Source of the DNA: Podarcis muralis
Lineage: Eukaryota
NCBI RefSeq assembly: GCF_964188315.1
Contig: NC_135667.1
Coordinates: 21,018,001 to 21,082,000 of the forward strand
DNA length: 64,000 nt
Direction: 5' to 3'
Shown one piece after another: positions 12,501 through 32,141 of this stretch. The notes below the pieces were generated by a model. The model saw only the letters and a list, made by a program, of their open reading frames with translations. It was not told the origin of the DNA and did no database searches. The first letter of the stretch is position 1. Each line of letters opens with the position of its first letter. The translations under genes were made by a program, and so were the position numbers.

Positions 12501-15500
12501 GCCACAGCAAGCGCACATTTTGCTTTGCTAAGATGAAATCTGCAGACCCCTGGGGTCCCACTACCACCGCCAAAGCCTGTCTTCAGAACAACGAAGAGGC
12601 CCGAGATGTATGGATGGGAGGGAGCAGGACACACTTACGGGCTGGTTCGCAAGTTTTGCTATCATCCGTTTATCTATTATTTCATTTATGAATTGCATCC
12701 CATAAGGTGTCTTGAAACAAATTACAAGACAGGGGACTGGACGTACCTTCCAGTCAGGACCAAGAGGCCCTCTGCCCGTCTTCAGTGATTTGAAAAGAGC
12801 TGGGTCTTCATCTGGCTTGTAATCCTGAAAGATAAGAGAGCAGAGATGAGAATGTCAGCAGTATGAGATACAGGGGGGCAGAGATGGATAAATGCCATGA
12901 AGATCTTTGTTCAGCAGGTAGAAAAGCAGTCAGAAAGGGCAGATTCCTCTTGACACAAAAACAGGGCCTGATAGCATCTAAAAACCAAGAGCCAGCCCTG
13001 AAAGCAAAAGGGTACTATTTTGGATACTACGAGCAGTGCAAAAAGTTGAGCAACAATGTGGTTTTAGTGGTACCAGCTGTTGCCACCACTACTGTTACCT
13101 TCACTCTGATGTGGAGAGAATAGTCACTTGGTGGCGAAGAGAAAGTGCTCAGCATATGCTCAGAGACAAGCTCTCCTCTCAGGGGCCTCTCCTCACTCAG
13201 AGTGGGAGATCTCCTTTCATCCCTTCTGTAGGCCATGGGCCAGAAGGAACAAATGAGATCACAATGTGGAGCCTGGCCAGATATAAGCAAACTTCCTTTC
13301 TCTGTCAATGTTGGGGGGATAAAGGAGGGAGAAGGAAGAGGAGCGAGTTGTATGTGGAAATGAAGGCCCCTCAGGCCAGGTAGTGGTGGGCAGGATAGCT
13401 GTAGCCTAGAATCGCTGGGGTACTGTTCTCCTGAGCTCTCCCAATCTAGAGCAATTCGACAGAACAAATGGTTCCAAGTAGGGTGTTTGCAGATGCTACA
13501 ATAACCAAAAATATTCCCTTTGTGCTCACGGCTTTCACACTCCAGAGCCACAAAGGGATCCTTCTTTCCTATCAAAAGCAGTCGGCTGGAAGGGCGCTTT
13601 CCCTCCCAGAATTCCCCTGCCTTCTGTGTCATGTTAACCTTTGCCAAACACTCTTCCAACTGCCAGACAAAAACCAAGGTTGCCTCTTACATCATCTGAC
13701 ACTTGCGTCCGATCAGCGACATCTATATGGACCACCTCAACATCTTTCCAAGTTTCCGCATCGAGGCTGTGGACCTGCAGAGAGAAGAGTTTTTATGTCC
13801 TCACCCGAAACAAAAATGGGAGTCGCCAGCACTGAAAGTTTGATTGGGCTTTGTTGACTTTTTAATATGCTTCCATATTATGATATATGCTTTGTACTGG
13901 CCTAAAGACAACGAGTGTTAGGCAATCAATGTGTTCAATTTAATAATAATAATAATAATGTATTTTACATCAAAACACACAAGATTTGGGTGGGACCTTG
14001 AGAGAGCCGAGCATAAACAAATGCCAGCAAACCCCAAAGAACTCAAGCAAAATTGTAAAGTAGAGTTGCCCAAACCTCCTCCACAATGATGTGAGATATT
14101 GATATAGTCATACAGAAAATGATTACTTCAAGTTATTGCTGCTAGATGTGGTTCTAAAAGCTATTGAATCATAAGGTGTACTAGTTTTGCACACATGGCT
14201 TCTCCATTATGGCTTTATTTTTGCTAAATAAATCATGACGCAGAATAATATGTCATGTGTTGTTGTTCTTCCCCTGAGGTTGTATTTACCTAATTTTAAG
14301 ACCTGCTAAAAACAGATGATTGTTATGTTTTCATATGTAAAACCACAGAATTCAATTTTCTCATGACTGTATAGAAATTAAATAATAACATACATAACCC
14401 AGATTTGCTTCAATAAAAATCACAGAAAGTTTAATACCTTAAGACTGCATCCCTCAATACTGCCAAATATTTCAGTCATTTAGAAGAGAAAAAGACCTCT
14501 GTAACCCCAAACTGCATCCAATAGTTAATTATAAAACATGTTTCTCTTCCATACAGTTTCCTCTAAAGTGCTTTCAAGATCTTTGCAAGAACAAGTGCTT
14601 TATTTCTTATTATATATGCAATGGAACCTTAACAAAGTCTAAATTATTTATCCCAGCTGGTATCTTTCCTGGATCTGAACTGATTTCCTGTGTGTGGTAT
14701 TATTTTAAAGGCATTTTTATGTTTAATTTTTTGTGTTTGTTTTGTATTCAGTTGTTTTTACATATGCAACTATTTTATATACGCCATTGTATTGTAAATC
14801 ACTTCAAGATGCCTCACAGGAAGCAACTCATAAGTGACATAAACAACAACAACAACTATTCCGGATACAAAGTATTATCTTTGTGCAGAAAGAAAAAATG
14901 CTGGTTAATCAAATACTATTTCCCCACCCCTTAATAATAAAACAGTGCATCTGTGCCCATGGTCTTTCTATTAATAGAGAGTACAATTCAGCAGGATTTG
15001 GGCACCCTGGTTCTGTGGATAAAACGTGGTGTTTCATTCCCATCACTTACATTGTCTTGGTCACCTAAATCTGGTTTGTGCCAGGTTTCAATTTTGATGA
15101 AGAAATCATCCTTCATATATTCATTCTGTCCAAAAAGGAAAGGGTGGGGAGGAGAGAAGAATGGTTACCCAGAATACTTTGTGGTAACAAGAGCACACGC
15201 AGACCTAAAGCCACACATGGCTTGAGCAGACATATTACCCAGAATGCTCTGCGACATTCTGGGATGTGTGTGTGTGTGACTCATGAGAAGTGGACTTCAT
15301 GGGGTAGAAGGTGTGTCATAGCTTACTGGAGATAGGCGAGGACACAGATGTACCCAGGGAATCTGACGGAGTTGGGGTTCACTGAGAAGCGCTGCCTGCC
15401 CACCCACAGATGTCCCTTCCCCAAGTCACTTACCGTAATAACTGCAGCAGACGGGACCACAAGAAAGAAAAGACAGAACATGTTAGTTCAGGATAATGAA

Positions 15501-18500
15501 ACGAAAAACCTTCCCTAATCAGCTTGATATAAGTCTTCTCTAGCCACAGTTGCCATTTATGTAACCCAAATCACACAGGACAGTTTTAGCCCAATATATC
15601 CAGCAGGTTAGACAAAGTGTGGAGAAGCTATGGTCCTCCAGTTGTTGCTGAACTGCAACTCCCATCAGCCCCAGCAAACATGGCCAAAACCAGGGAAGAT
15701 GGGAATTGTAGTTTAGCAATATCTAGAGGGCCAAAGGTTTCCCACACCAGTTTTGACTGTCCCTGAACTCTGATAATATTTCCTGCTGGACTGGACAGGG
15801 CGTGCGAGTTTGTGTAGAAACCAACTGTACAAATGTAAAATTTGCATTTGTTGGTTCTCCCACTTTTGCCGCAGGACACACCCAACACCGTCCAAAGAAA
15901 GTTGCCCAAATGAGAATGTGGCCCTTGGCCTATGAAAACTTCCCCAGCACTTGCTCAAAATGAATGTTTATTCAAACTCAGTTCTGTGGAAACTTGAGGT
16001 TCCTCTGGGCTTTGTCAATGAGAAGAGCAGTAATGTATGAAAAGAGTTTCCCAATAGGCTGCTTGTTGTAGGAGTCTGCTGGGTGCATTTCTAGGTTATA
16101 TTCTCAGCTTAAGCAGAGGAGTGATGAATGGAGTGTACAGTACTTCCAGAATCTCTGCCAAACAACCCCTGGATTTTTGCCACTCAGCCATTATTCAAAA
16201 GGATCATTCAAGATAGAGAGTTTGAAAAAAATGAGAACACTCCAGACAAATTTGTTCTCCTACCAAAGCATCTAGGTAGGACGGGGTTTTGCAAACATGG
16301 GTCGCCAGCTGTTTTTGGACTACAACTCCCATCACCCCAAGCTAGTATGACCATTGGTTGTAGTCCAAAAACAGCTGGAGACCCAAGTTTGGGAAACCCT
16401 GACCTAGGGAGTCCCAGTTACAGACATAGCCCCTTCTCCCATCCCTCTCCCCGGCTCACCTGTTCGACAATAGGGGTAGGCATTCCAGGCTCTCTCGTGA
16501 ACAACTAGGGACCCCTCAGGGGCGAACATCTTAATGAATCCAGGAACTTTGCTGCAAGAGAGAGAAAAACAGGGCGTCAGAGGAAGCCCATGCCTTTGGA
16601 TGCCCGTGCCCAGGAAGGACCTTACCTCTGGAGGTGGTAGATCTTGTGGGTGAACTGCCCCCTTTCCCCTTCACACTCGTAAGGTTCATTTTTTAGCACC
16701 TCAATCCCTTCGCCGCCGCCAGTGTTGTTCTTGCTGGCTTCAGCAACAGAGAATAACTGCCCCACCTGATACTGAAGAGGGAAAGAGCAGAGGTTGGTAA
16801 TGGGCATTTTAAACAGGTGATTCAAGTTCAACATGTCCCAAAAGGAACTCATCCCAGTTCAAATTTGTCCCTTTGCAAAACAAAGTAGTTGCCTTCAGGT
16901 CACAGTTCCAAGTTGATCCAAATGATCCTCAAGAATTTTTTTCAGTATTCAAAATGCTCCTGTGCTGAAGTATAAAATAAAAGTATGAAATAAACTTAAG
17001 ATGAGAGTCTATAGAGTGAAAAGCACAGATGAGAGAACGAACTTGAAGATAAAACTAGAAATCGTTCAAAGTTCTAAGCTGAAACAAATGCAATTCAAGT
17101 TTTGATCACTTGGCAATTCTGGAAACTACTTTCAGATGTAGTTTAGAGACTTTTGAACTAATCTGATGAAGTCTGTTAAGCTCATTCCAAGCACTGGGAA
17201 AGAGAGAAGGGGAAATACTCCTGCCCCTTTGGGCTTCAAATAAGGCACAGGTCTTGGGGACGAGGAAGGCCATAGGAGTCACTTGGCAAGGCCTGCCTGC
17301 CCCAACTCCTGCTGGGTGGGGAGAGAACAGGGAGCCAGAAAGAGAGACAGAAAAGGGCAATGCCCTTTTGGTTTTTGGTTCTGGCACCACCTATGAAAAA
17401 CAGGAAGAAAAGCACCCTAAACTTTCTGCTGATTTATGCCAACCCATTATCCCTCCCTCCCCCCATTGATTAACTAGGGGGTCAGCAAAGTTGCACACTT
17501 CCTAATACCACTGCATGTAAATGGAACTTACCTCCTCTACGGAGCAAGGCAGCACAACCCGGCTGGTTTTGGAGGATGGAGATAAAAGCAGCATGGGGGG
17601 GGGGGAGGGAGAGGAAAGAGAAACAAGAGTTAGAGAGGGAATCCTCCAGTGCCCAAGCCCTCACACTCCACTGCCACACGCACCAGATAAAAAGCACATA
17701 CACACTTTATTCACCCTGGAATGTATTTAACAGACCGTTCAACAAAGACCACTAAATAAAGCACTACTGTTGCATCTGAACTATCATTATCAAGTTTCTA
17801 GAAAACTGCCACTAAAACTAGTCTTAAAACAACTTACAATATGATATATCAAAGGGTACAAAAATTTAGAAATACCAAAGAACAAGCCACAACGTAAAAT
17901 GCAGCTTTAAAACAGTAACACTGAATTAATAAGCAAGCCTATCGAATACCACCAGAGGCCTGGAAGTAGAGGAAGACCTTACCCGGTGCCAAAAGGTATT
18001 AAACTTGACACCAGGTGGGCCTCACCGGGGAGACCAATCCATAGATGGGGTGGGAGGAGAGAGAAGCCAAAATGTTCTTTCCCTTGTTGCCAATCACAGG
18101 ACCTTTCTTGGAGGAAGAAGAAAGCCTCTGATGACAACCACAGGGCATGTGTTTGGCAGAGGCATTCTGTTAGGTATTGGGGTCCTGAACTGTGAGAAGC
18201 TTTCTAGGCTAAAATCAGAACTCTGAATTGGTCTCAGGAACCCATTGGGAGCCACTGAAGCTGGGGCAAATGAGAATAATAGGTACAGTGGTGCCTCGCA
18301 AGACGAAATTAATTGGTTCCGCGATTTTTTTCGTCTTGCGATTTTTTCGTCTTGCGAAGCACGGTTTCAGAAAAGTTTTGGAAAAGCTTCAAAAATCACC
18401 AAAGTCTTCAAATCCTCAAAAAAGGCTACCACACCGCGTGCTATGAGTTGCTCCTCGAAGTCAAGTCACAACTGTATTAACGGTGTTAAGAAAAAGGAAA

Positions 18501-19983
18501 CAAACTTGCAAGACGTTTCCGTCTTGCGAAGCAAGCCCATAGGGAAAATCGTCTTGCGAAGCAACTCAAAAAACCAAAAACCCTTTCGTCTTGCGAGTTT
18601 TCTGTCTTGCGAGGCATTCGTCTTGCGAGGTACCACTGTACTTGTTGTCTGGTGCCTATTATCAGTTTGTCAGCTGCACTGAACACTCGCTGCAATTTCC
18701 AAACAGTCTGCTAAGGTGAGCACATATATAGCACATTGCAATAACATACATATGCAGGACCCTGGTATCTCAAAACTTGAAGGCCGTGTACATGGTATAC
18801 CTTTAAAGTACCATTAGAAACACACGTTCCCTTCAAAAAACTATGGGAACTGTAGTCCATTGAGAGCTGTTGGGAATTGCAACTCTGAGTGGTAAACTAC
18901 AGTGCCCAGAATCCCAGGGAGGTGGAGGAGATGTGCTTTAAAGGTGTTGCAGAAGTTTCGCTGAAATCGAAACACAAAGCAGATTGTCTCCTTTGCCCTG
19001 AGGAAGAGCACACTAATATGCACGGAGAACCTTCCTAAGCTCACAGTGCAATCCTAAACAGGCCTATACAGAAGTAAGCCTTACTGAATTAAAAAGGGCT
19101 TTCTCCCTGGAAGTGTGCTGCATCCCTTGAGGCAATGTTATTGTATGTGCCAGATGAAATAAGTTGGAGTGCCATCTCCCCACCCCCAAGGTCTTTTCTC
19201 CTACAATTCTCCTCCAGCGCATGCCTCAGCCAGCTTTAACAAAGATAAATCTGCTGCTGCCAACTTCCCCTGAAACAGTGCTCAGCGTGATTTGCGGTAA
19301 CACTCTGAAACTGCAAACATTTCGTGTTTCCTCCGAAATAAGTTCCTGGAAATCAACAGGCCTTAGTTTAAAGAAAGTGGGCCGAGCAGAGCACAAAAAT
19401 TATGACGGATTCAGGGATCCGAGGATGGCACTTCTTATTTGTTCTCCTCCCTCACTGATTATTCCATTGAGCTTTGGTGAAAAAAAACATGGGTGGAGGG
19501 TGGGGAAGAGGGAAAAAAAATACATTGAAATGGAGAATAACGGTATAAACTATAAAGCAAGGCTCCTCCTGTCGGGAAAACATGCCGGGTCAGGGACCCC
19601 AGATGGATTGCAGGACTGGGTGTGCGAAAAACCTCCTCGCAGGGTAAACCGAATGGGCCAAGGCGACCCCCCACTTCTGCTTTTCAGAGGCATATGAGAA
19701 AGCGCCGTCCCTTACACTGCAGAAACAAAAGGCCCCATTCATCCAAAATATCAGATCTCACCCAGCGCACATTATTAGGCGCTCTAAAACCCCCCAGCAA
19801 AATACAGAAGGAAGAGCCGTAGAAAGGGGCAGCCATATGTAGACGGGTCCCTTGTTTATCGCCCACCCATTTTTAGGAAAGCCCCCTCCCCACTGCCTAG
19901 TTAACCCTTCCCATGCCCTGCACCACCCACGCTGGCGCCCCCCACACCCCTCCCAGTACTCACAACTCTTTGATCAGCACCAT
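9504..19983 (-). CDS. PITPNB-like: Class I phosphatidylinositol transfer protein, PITPNB-like (271 aa; 11 coding exons)
   Basis: Exons (minus): 19983-19964, 17562-17532, 16771-16626, 16551-16460, 15441-15434, 15125-15051, 13774-13691, 12824-12747, 11887-11777, 11540-11418, 9551-9504. All GT-AG. Sizes 20/31/146/92/8/75/84/78/111/123/48 = 816 nt, the PITPNA/B exon pattern. Translation [48 protein letters not shown]...[13 protein letters not shown]...KFRWWGLQ...[16 protein letters not shown]...[15 protein letters not shown]. Confidence 0.96.
11092..11306. mobile_element. Tc1/mariner-type MITE (215 bp) in PITP intron 10
   Basis: TA|cagtggtacctc...gtaccactg|TA; reverse complement of 3366-3580. 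Confidence 0.85.
18286..18638. mobile_element. Tc1/mariner-type MITE (cgtcttgcga family)
   Basis: TA|cagtggtgcctcgcaagacgaa...cgtcttgcgaggtaccactg|TA. Confidence 0.85.
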
Positions 19984-20460
19984 CCTCCCGTCCCTCCGGC
20001 ACCCCGCACGCCAAATGCACCAGCCCTTTTCTTCCTCTTCCCCCCTACCCCGGCCATTGACGCCACTTCCGCCCTCACTCTAGCGCCCGCTCGCCCGCAC
20101 CTGCCCGCGACGACGCCACTTCCGCCCTCACTTGGGCTTCGCCCGCGCGGGCGAGCCGGAGCAAAGGCCGGCCACGTTGGGGAGGAGCAGGTCGAAGGGG
20201 GGGCGTTCGGTCCTCTTGATTGACAGCACAGGGAAGCCGGGGAATGACGGGACGCTGAGGGTTGCATTGGACACAAATGTCCACTAGGGGTCGCGCTCGA
20301 ACCGGGTGTTCGGAATCGGCTCTGTTGAGAGTTCTTCTGAGATATGTGCAGAGCGCCTTTCTAGTCGTATTTGAGAAAGGGCAAGATCACGGACCTCCTG
20401 ACTTTCATGCCTTTCAAGGGTTTGGTACCCCACGCGAAATTGGTACCCCACGCGAAGCCT
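19900..20460 (-). promoter_or_regulatory. CpG-island promoter of the PITP gene
   Basis: CpG-dense region around and upstream of ATG 19983. Two identical GGGCGGAAGTG (GC-box + ETS) modules at 20059-20079 and 20112-20132. Confidence 0.8.
20278..20294 (+). promoter_or_regulatory. Putative CTCF site
   Basis: tgtccactaggggtcgc, one mismatch to CCACTAGGGGGCGC. Confidence 0.45.
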
Positions 20461-20539
20461 TGTCCCTTCTGTTTTTACTGAACCGTGAAAGGGACAGGAG
20501 GAGACATATTTGCAGGGTATCCTGGAAATTCCTTTCAAT

Positions 20540-20663
20540 CATGGGCATAGCCAGGATTTATGTTAGGGGGGGGGGGTAGAACTAAGCTGTTGATTAAGTA
20601 TTTCTATTTATTTACTTGATGGGGGGGCAGCTTCCCCCTGCCCACCCCCCCGCTACGCCCTTG
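20540..20663. mobile_element. hAT MITE
   Basis: catgggcatagc...gctacgcccttg flanked by ctttcaat/ctttaaat (8-bp TSD, one mismatch). Confidence 0.7.
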
Positions 20664-22616
20664 CTTTAAATGTTCACATCTCTATGGAAATATGCATCCC
20701 GATGCTCCAGATCAATAATGCATATTCCCAAGTAAGTGTACACAGAATTGCAGCTGTATTGCCTTTAGAGTAGGAGATCTGTGACTTTGAGTATTCTAGA
20801 CAGGGGGTGCAATGTTTACTTTTATGGCAGGTCTCTTGTGCAATAATTTTAACCCGGGAAATATTTCCCAACATGAAGATGGGAGGTGGAACTTGTGGAC
20901 ATTCTGACTGCCGTGTACAAGATCCCAGGTTCGTTCTCTAGGCCTGACTGGGCCTCTGTTGCCTCTTGATTTGTTTTTGAGACCAGGATATGTTCACCTG
21001 GATCTGTTCTCCTCAGTAAATATGGTCTGTTTATTTCCCCTCTTGACTCTGTCTGCATTATCCCAGCCACTTTGCTAACGTGGACCACTCAGATACTACG
21101 CCTGTGAATGAATTCTGCAGAACTCACATGCAGAACTTGTTATGTTTTCCTTAGTCCCAGTAAAGATGATTACTCAACTGTGGATTTTGGAGTTTTCCCT
21201 CACCGACAAACACAGCTACCCTATATATTTGTTGTTTATATACCCAGAGGGGCTTTTATGTCATTCCTCCATTAGCTATTACTTGCTATTATCTCTTAGG
21301 TTTTTTTTGTTGTTTTTTTACTGTTACCGGAAAAATCTGAGGGCTCCCTTGGACAAAAAGTAAAGACACCAACCAGAGTAAATTGAAGCAAATCAGCAGC
21401 CTGTAGGCTTGGTCTTTATTGAAGAAAGACTGTCGCGACAGGGTGCTCCCCTCACTTGCAGGTGAGAGGAAAGACCCCGAAAAATAGTGTGCAAGGTCTT
21501 ATAAAAACTTTTGAAATTCCCCTCCTCTAGGTCAAGCCCACCCCCAGAAACATCATGCATACATTACAGAAAGGAGGGGTTGAGGGAGGAGTTGGTGGTA
21601 ACCTGAGTGTCTTGTCACCTGGCTGGTTCCTCATTTCCCCCCTACCCCTTGAGTCACTTCCAGGAGACAAAGGGGAGTTTGCAGTTTCCTGCCCCCTGAG
21701 GGAAGATCTGATCATTGTCCTTTGTTTCAGTCCATGCTGAATCCACTCCCATATGCAAGTTCTTTGTGATCTTGATTGTCTTCTGTCTGGGATCATCTGG
21801 GCAGGGCTCCTGCAGATGTGCTGAGACAGTGAAGGGATTATGGCTGACCAGGGCCAAGCCACCCCCCTTTGTTAGTTCTTGTCATATGGAGTAAAATAAA
21901 AATGGAACAGTGCAAATCCGATGTATGGTTGATTTTCTATGAATTTATAACAGAAATGTGGCGTATGTAGTGTGTGAGTGTGTGTGAACTTTGTACAAAC
22001 AGAATGATTGGGGTGGGGGTGGGGTCCTGCTACATTACACAGTCTGGTGCTGAGCCAAAGAATTTCAACGCAGGAAAGCCAATGACTCCGATAAAATCCC
22101 TCCACCAGGCAATGGGAAGAGTTTAGTTGTGGTTTGAAAGAACTTGTGTGAGGTCTGGATTTCCTGCGAGAGGAAAAGAGGCTTTTCAGGCTGAGGGTAG
22201 AAGAAGCAGCCAAGATTCTTGGATTACTTGCAGAGAAATCTTGAGATCTAAGCAAACAGCGGACAAAATGAACAAATTGGAGGTTCTGGGAGGAAAAGCA
22301 TAGTATTCAGTCTGCCTATACTCCACCCATCCACCCCCTGCAGCCATTCTGTTGGCTGGTAAAACAATGGGCTGGATTGAAATGATAAAATCAACGCTGT
22401 TTCCTGGGGTTGGACTTTTCCTGAATGAGGAACTCGCCTGTTGCCCTTTAGATTGCATAAGAGTGATGAAATAAAACAGGCTGGGAAGCAACTGTGCCTG
22501 GAAGCAGGAAGAGAAACACAGTTGTGGAGTGGAAGTGGAGAACCCTCTTAGAGAATAACACCTGGGAGGCTGCTGCTTTCTTTGTGAAGGGCTACACAAC
22601 CCTTGCACCTCGGACC

Positions 22617-29748
<7,132 letters not shown>

Positions 29749-29772
29749 ACTCAGAAAACCGCCCCTCTTGTA

Positions 29773-31210
29773 TTTTATTCTTGGCCAAGAAAAAAAATAA
29801 AAATTATTAATAGATTCGAAAGAAAGTGGTGGCTTCTCACTACCAGACCTAATGTTATATTATGAAGCATACTGCCTGTGCTGGCTTCGGGAATGGATAA
29901 TTTGAAAAAACACGAATATTTTAGACCCTGAGAGTCATGATAATAGGTTTGTTTGGCATGCATATCTATGGTATGAAAAGGCAAAAGTGCATAAAGGATT
30001 CTTGAATCATTTTGTAAGAAAATCAATTTATGTGGTATGGGAGAAATATAATTTACTAGAACAGAAAACGCCATGGTGGCTTTCCCCACTGGAAGCAATA
30101 TCCTTTAAAAATGTAAATATGAGAAATGACTGGGCAACATATACGGACCTGTTAATGGAAGCAGAACACCAGTTGAAATTGAAGGATTTTGAGGATATGA
30201 GATTTATTAACTGACTGGTTACAATATCATCAATTAAATGATTTTTTTAAGATAGTAATGAAGCTTCAAGGTTTAGAAAATAATTGTTGGACAACACTGT
30301 AAAATTACTTTCTAAAACGTATAGACTGCTTTTGGAATGGTATACAAAAGATGAAAAGGTTAAATCAGCAATGATACACTGGGCGAGATCTGGGGTATAA
30401 TATTCAGCTTTCATCATGGAAGAAGTTATGGAGAACTGATTTGAAATTTACAGCATGTTATACATTGAAAGAAAATTATATGAAAATGATGTACCGTTGG
30501 TATTTAACTCCTAGCAAGTTAGCAAAAATGTATAAGAAAAGTACAAATATTGGTTGGAAATGTAAACAAAAAGAAGGCACCTTTTATCATATGTGGTGGA
30601 CGTGCAAGGTGATAAAAGCATTCTGGGAAATGATATATAATGAATTGGGGAAAAAATGTTTAAAGTAACTTTTCCCCAAAAAAACCAGAGGCTTTTTTAA
30701 TAAGGAATTGTAGGTGCTGAAATCCCAGAGGACCAGAGAAGACTGTTCATGTATGCAACAACAGCTGTGTGAATGTTGATAACCCAGAGATGGAAGGAAG
30801 ACAAAGTCCCTATCATAGCAGAATGGCAGATCAAGTTGATGGGCTATGCCAAAAGGGCAACAATGACTGGAAAGATCAGAAACAAGGAAGATCAAAACTT
30901 TAATAAGGAATGGGGGGGGGGGATTATAACATACCTTGGAGACCACTGTAAACAGTTAAAGTAGTTAGCGGGATTGTAATAACACTTGTAATGTAACAAG
31001 AACTATGGATATAATGGTGCTACAAAAATCTGGATGAATATAAAAGATGCAGCAGAAAGGGTTTGACAATGGGACCCACAGAGAGGGAGGTGGGAAGTCC
31101 AGAGAGATTCGTGGGAATCTTGAACTGTTGGAATGGGTTGTGATATGACTGTCATTTTTAATATGTGAAACCAAACTAATAAATAGGAAAAGAAAGAAAG
31201 AAAACTGCCC
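29773..31210 (+). mobile_element. 5'-truncated L1-type LINE
   Basis: Degenerate ORF2 C-terminal motifs (KESGGFSLPDLMLYYEA; MMYRWYLTPSKL; CWKC-type GWKCKQKEGTFYHMWWTC), then 3' UTR and A-rich tail. Confidence 0.9.
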
Positions 31211-32141
31211 CTCTTGGAACCGTTTCCATCAAGGCACACAACAGGTTCTTTTGCCATTCAGCTTTGGTTGTAATAAATGTAGGCACCGTTAACAATGATT
31301 GTGGACACAGTGTGCATGTGCAAAAAAGGAGATGAGTCGGTGGGAGTGGACAGCAAGGAACCTGGGTTCTTTGGGTGATAGGAGGTTGAACTAGGAGCCC
31401 GGCAGATCTGTCTGAGATTCACACGTTGGCTGTGGCAGTATGCTGTCCTATTCAGTGGTTGCTCTGCTTTGGCATGGCCGGGGGGGGGGGGGAGTTAAAG
31501 ACACAACCAGATAAAATGAAAATGGGACAGAAATGACAGACAGGCCCACAGCATCCCTGGAAATGGCACCAGTGGCAACCGATCAGGGATTGGGCTGGGA
31601 ACAACATCCACCTAATGCGCTGATCGAACCAATGAGCTTATGACAACAGGAACCATAGCATCCTGGGCTCTTTTAGAAGGAAGGGCAAGAGATTAATGTA
31701 ATAAATGAATGACAGCGGCAAATCTCAAGTTCTGGCTTTAGTAAAGGGAAGCTTTTATGAAATCCGAAAGCCCTTGGACCTGTGGTTTTTGTGCATAGCA
31801 TTGTGCCCTCAGTAAGGTTCACAGGACTTTCTCCCAATGGCTTTGACAGCAACTTGCTCTCCATACGTTATTCTGTTCATGTTCAGCTTGTTAATTTCTG
31901 AAGCTCAAGCTGCTCATAAAGGCAGGGGAGCAATTTAGGCTGGGATGCTTTCTCTCATCAGTTGCTAAGTCTAATGTAATGAAAAGTGGAGAGGAAGGGG
32001 AAATTATTACAGAAAATTCCAGCTCTAAGCTTGTCAATGTTGCATCACAGTATGATGTGCAAATTGGCATCAGACTCTTCTTTGGCCCCAGGTAATCAAA
32101 GTATATGAAAAAAGGTAAATCGGTCTGTAACTAAGCTTATA

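Noticed and set aside
13027-13857. 216-aa minus ORF and 129-aa plus ORF (with VFADAT, as in hepadnaviral RNase H)
   Set aside because: They lie in PITP intron 7 or antisense to exon 7. The match is only six residues with no flanking similarity.
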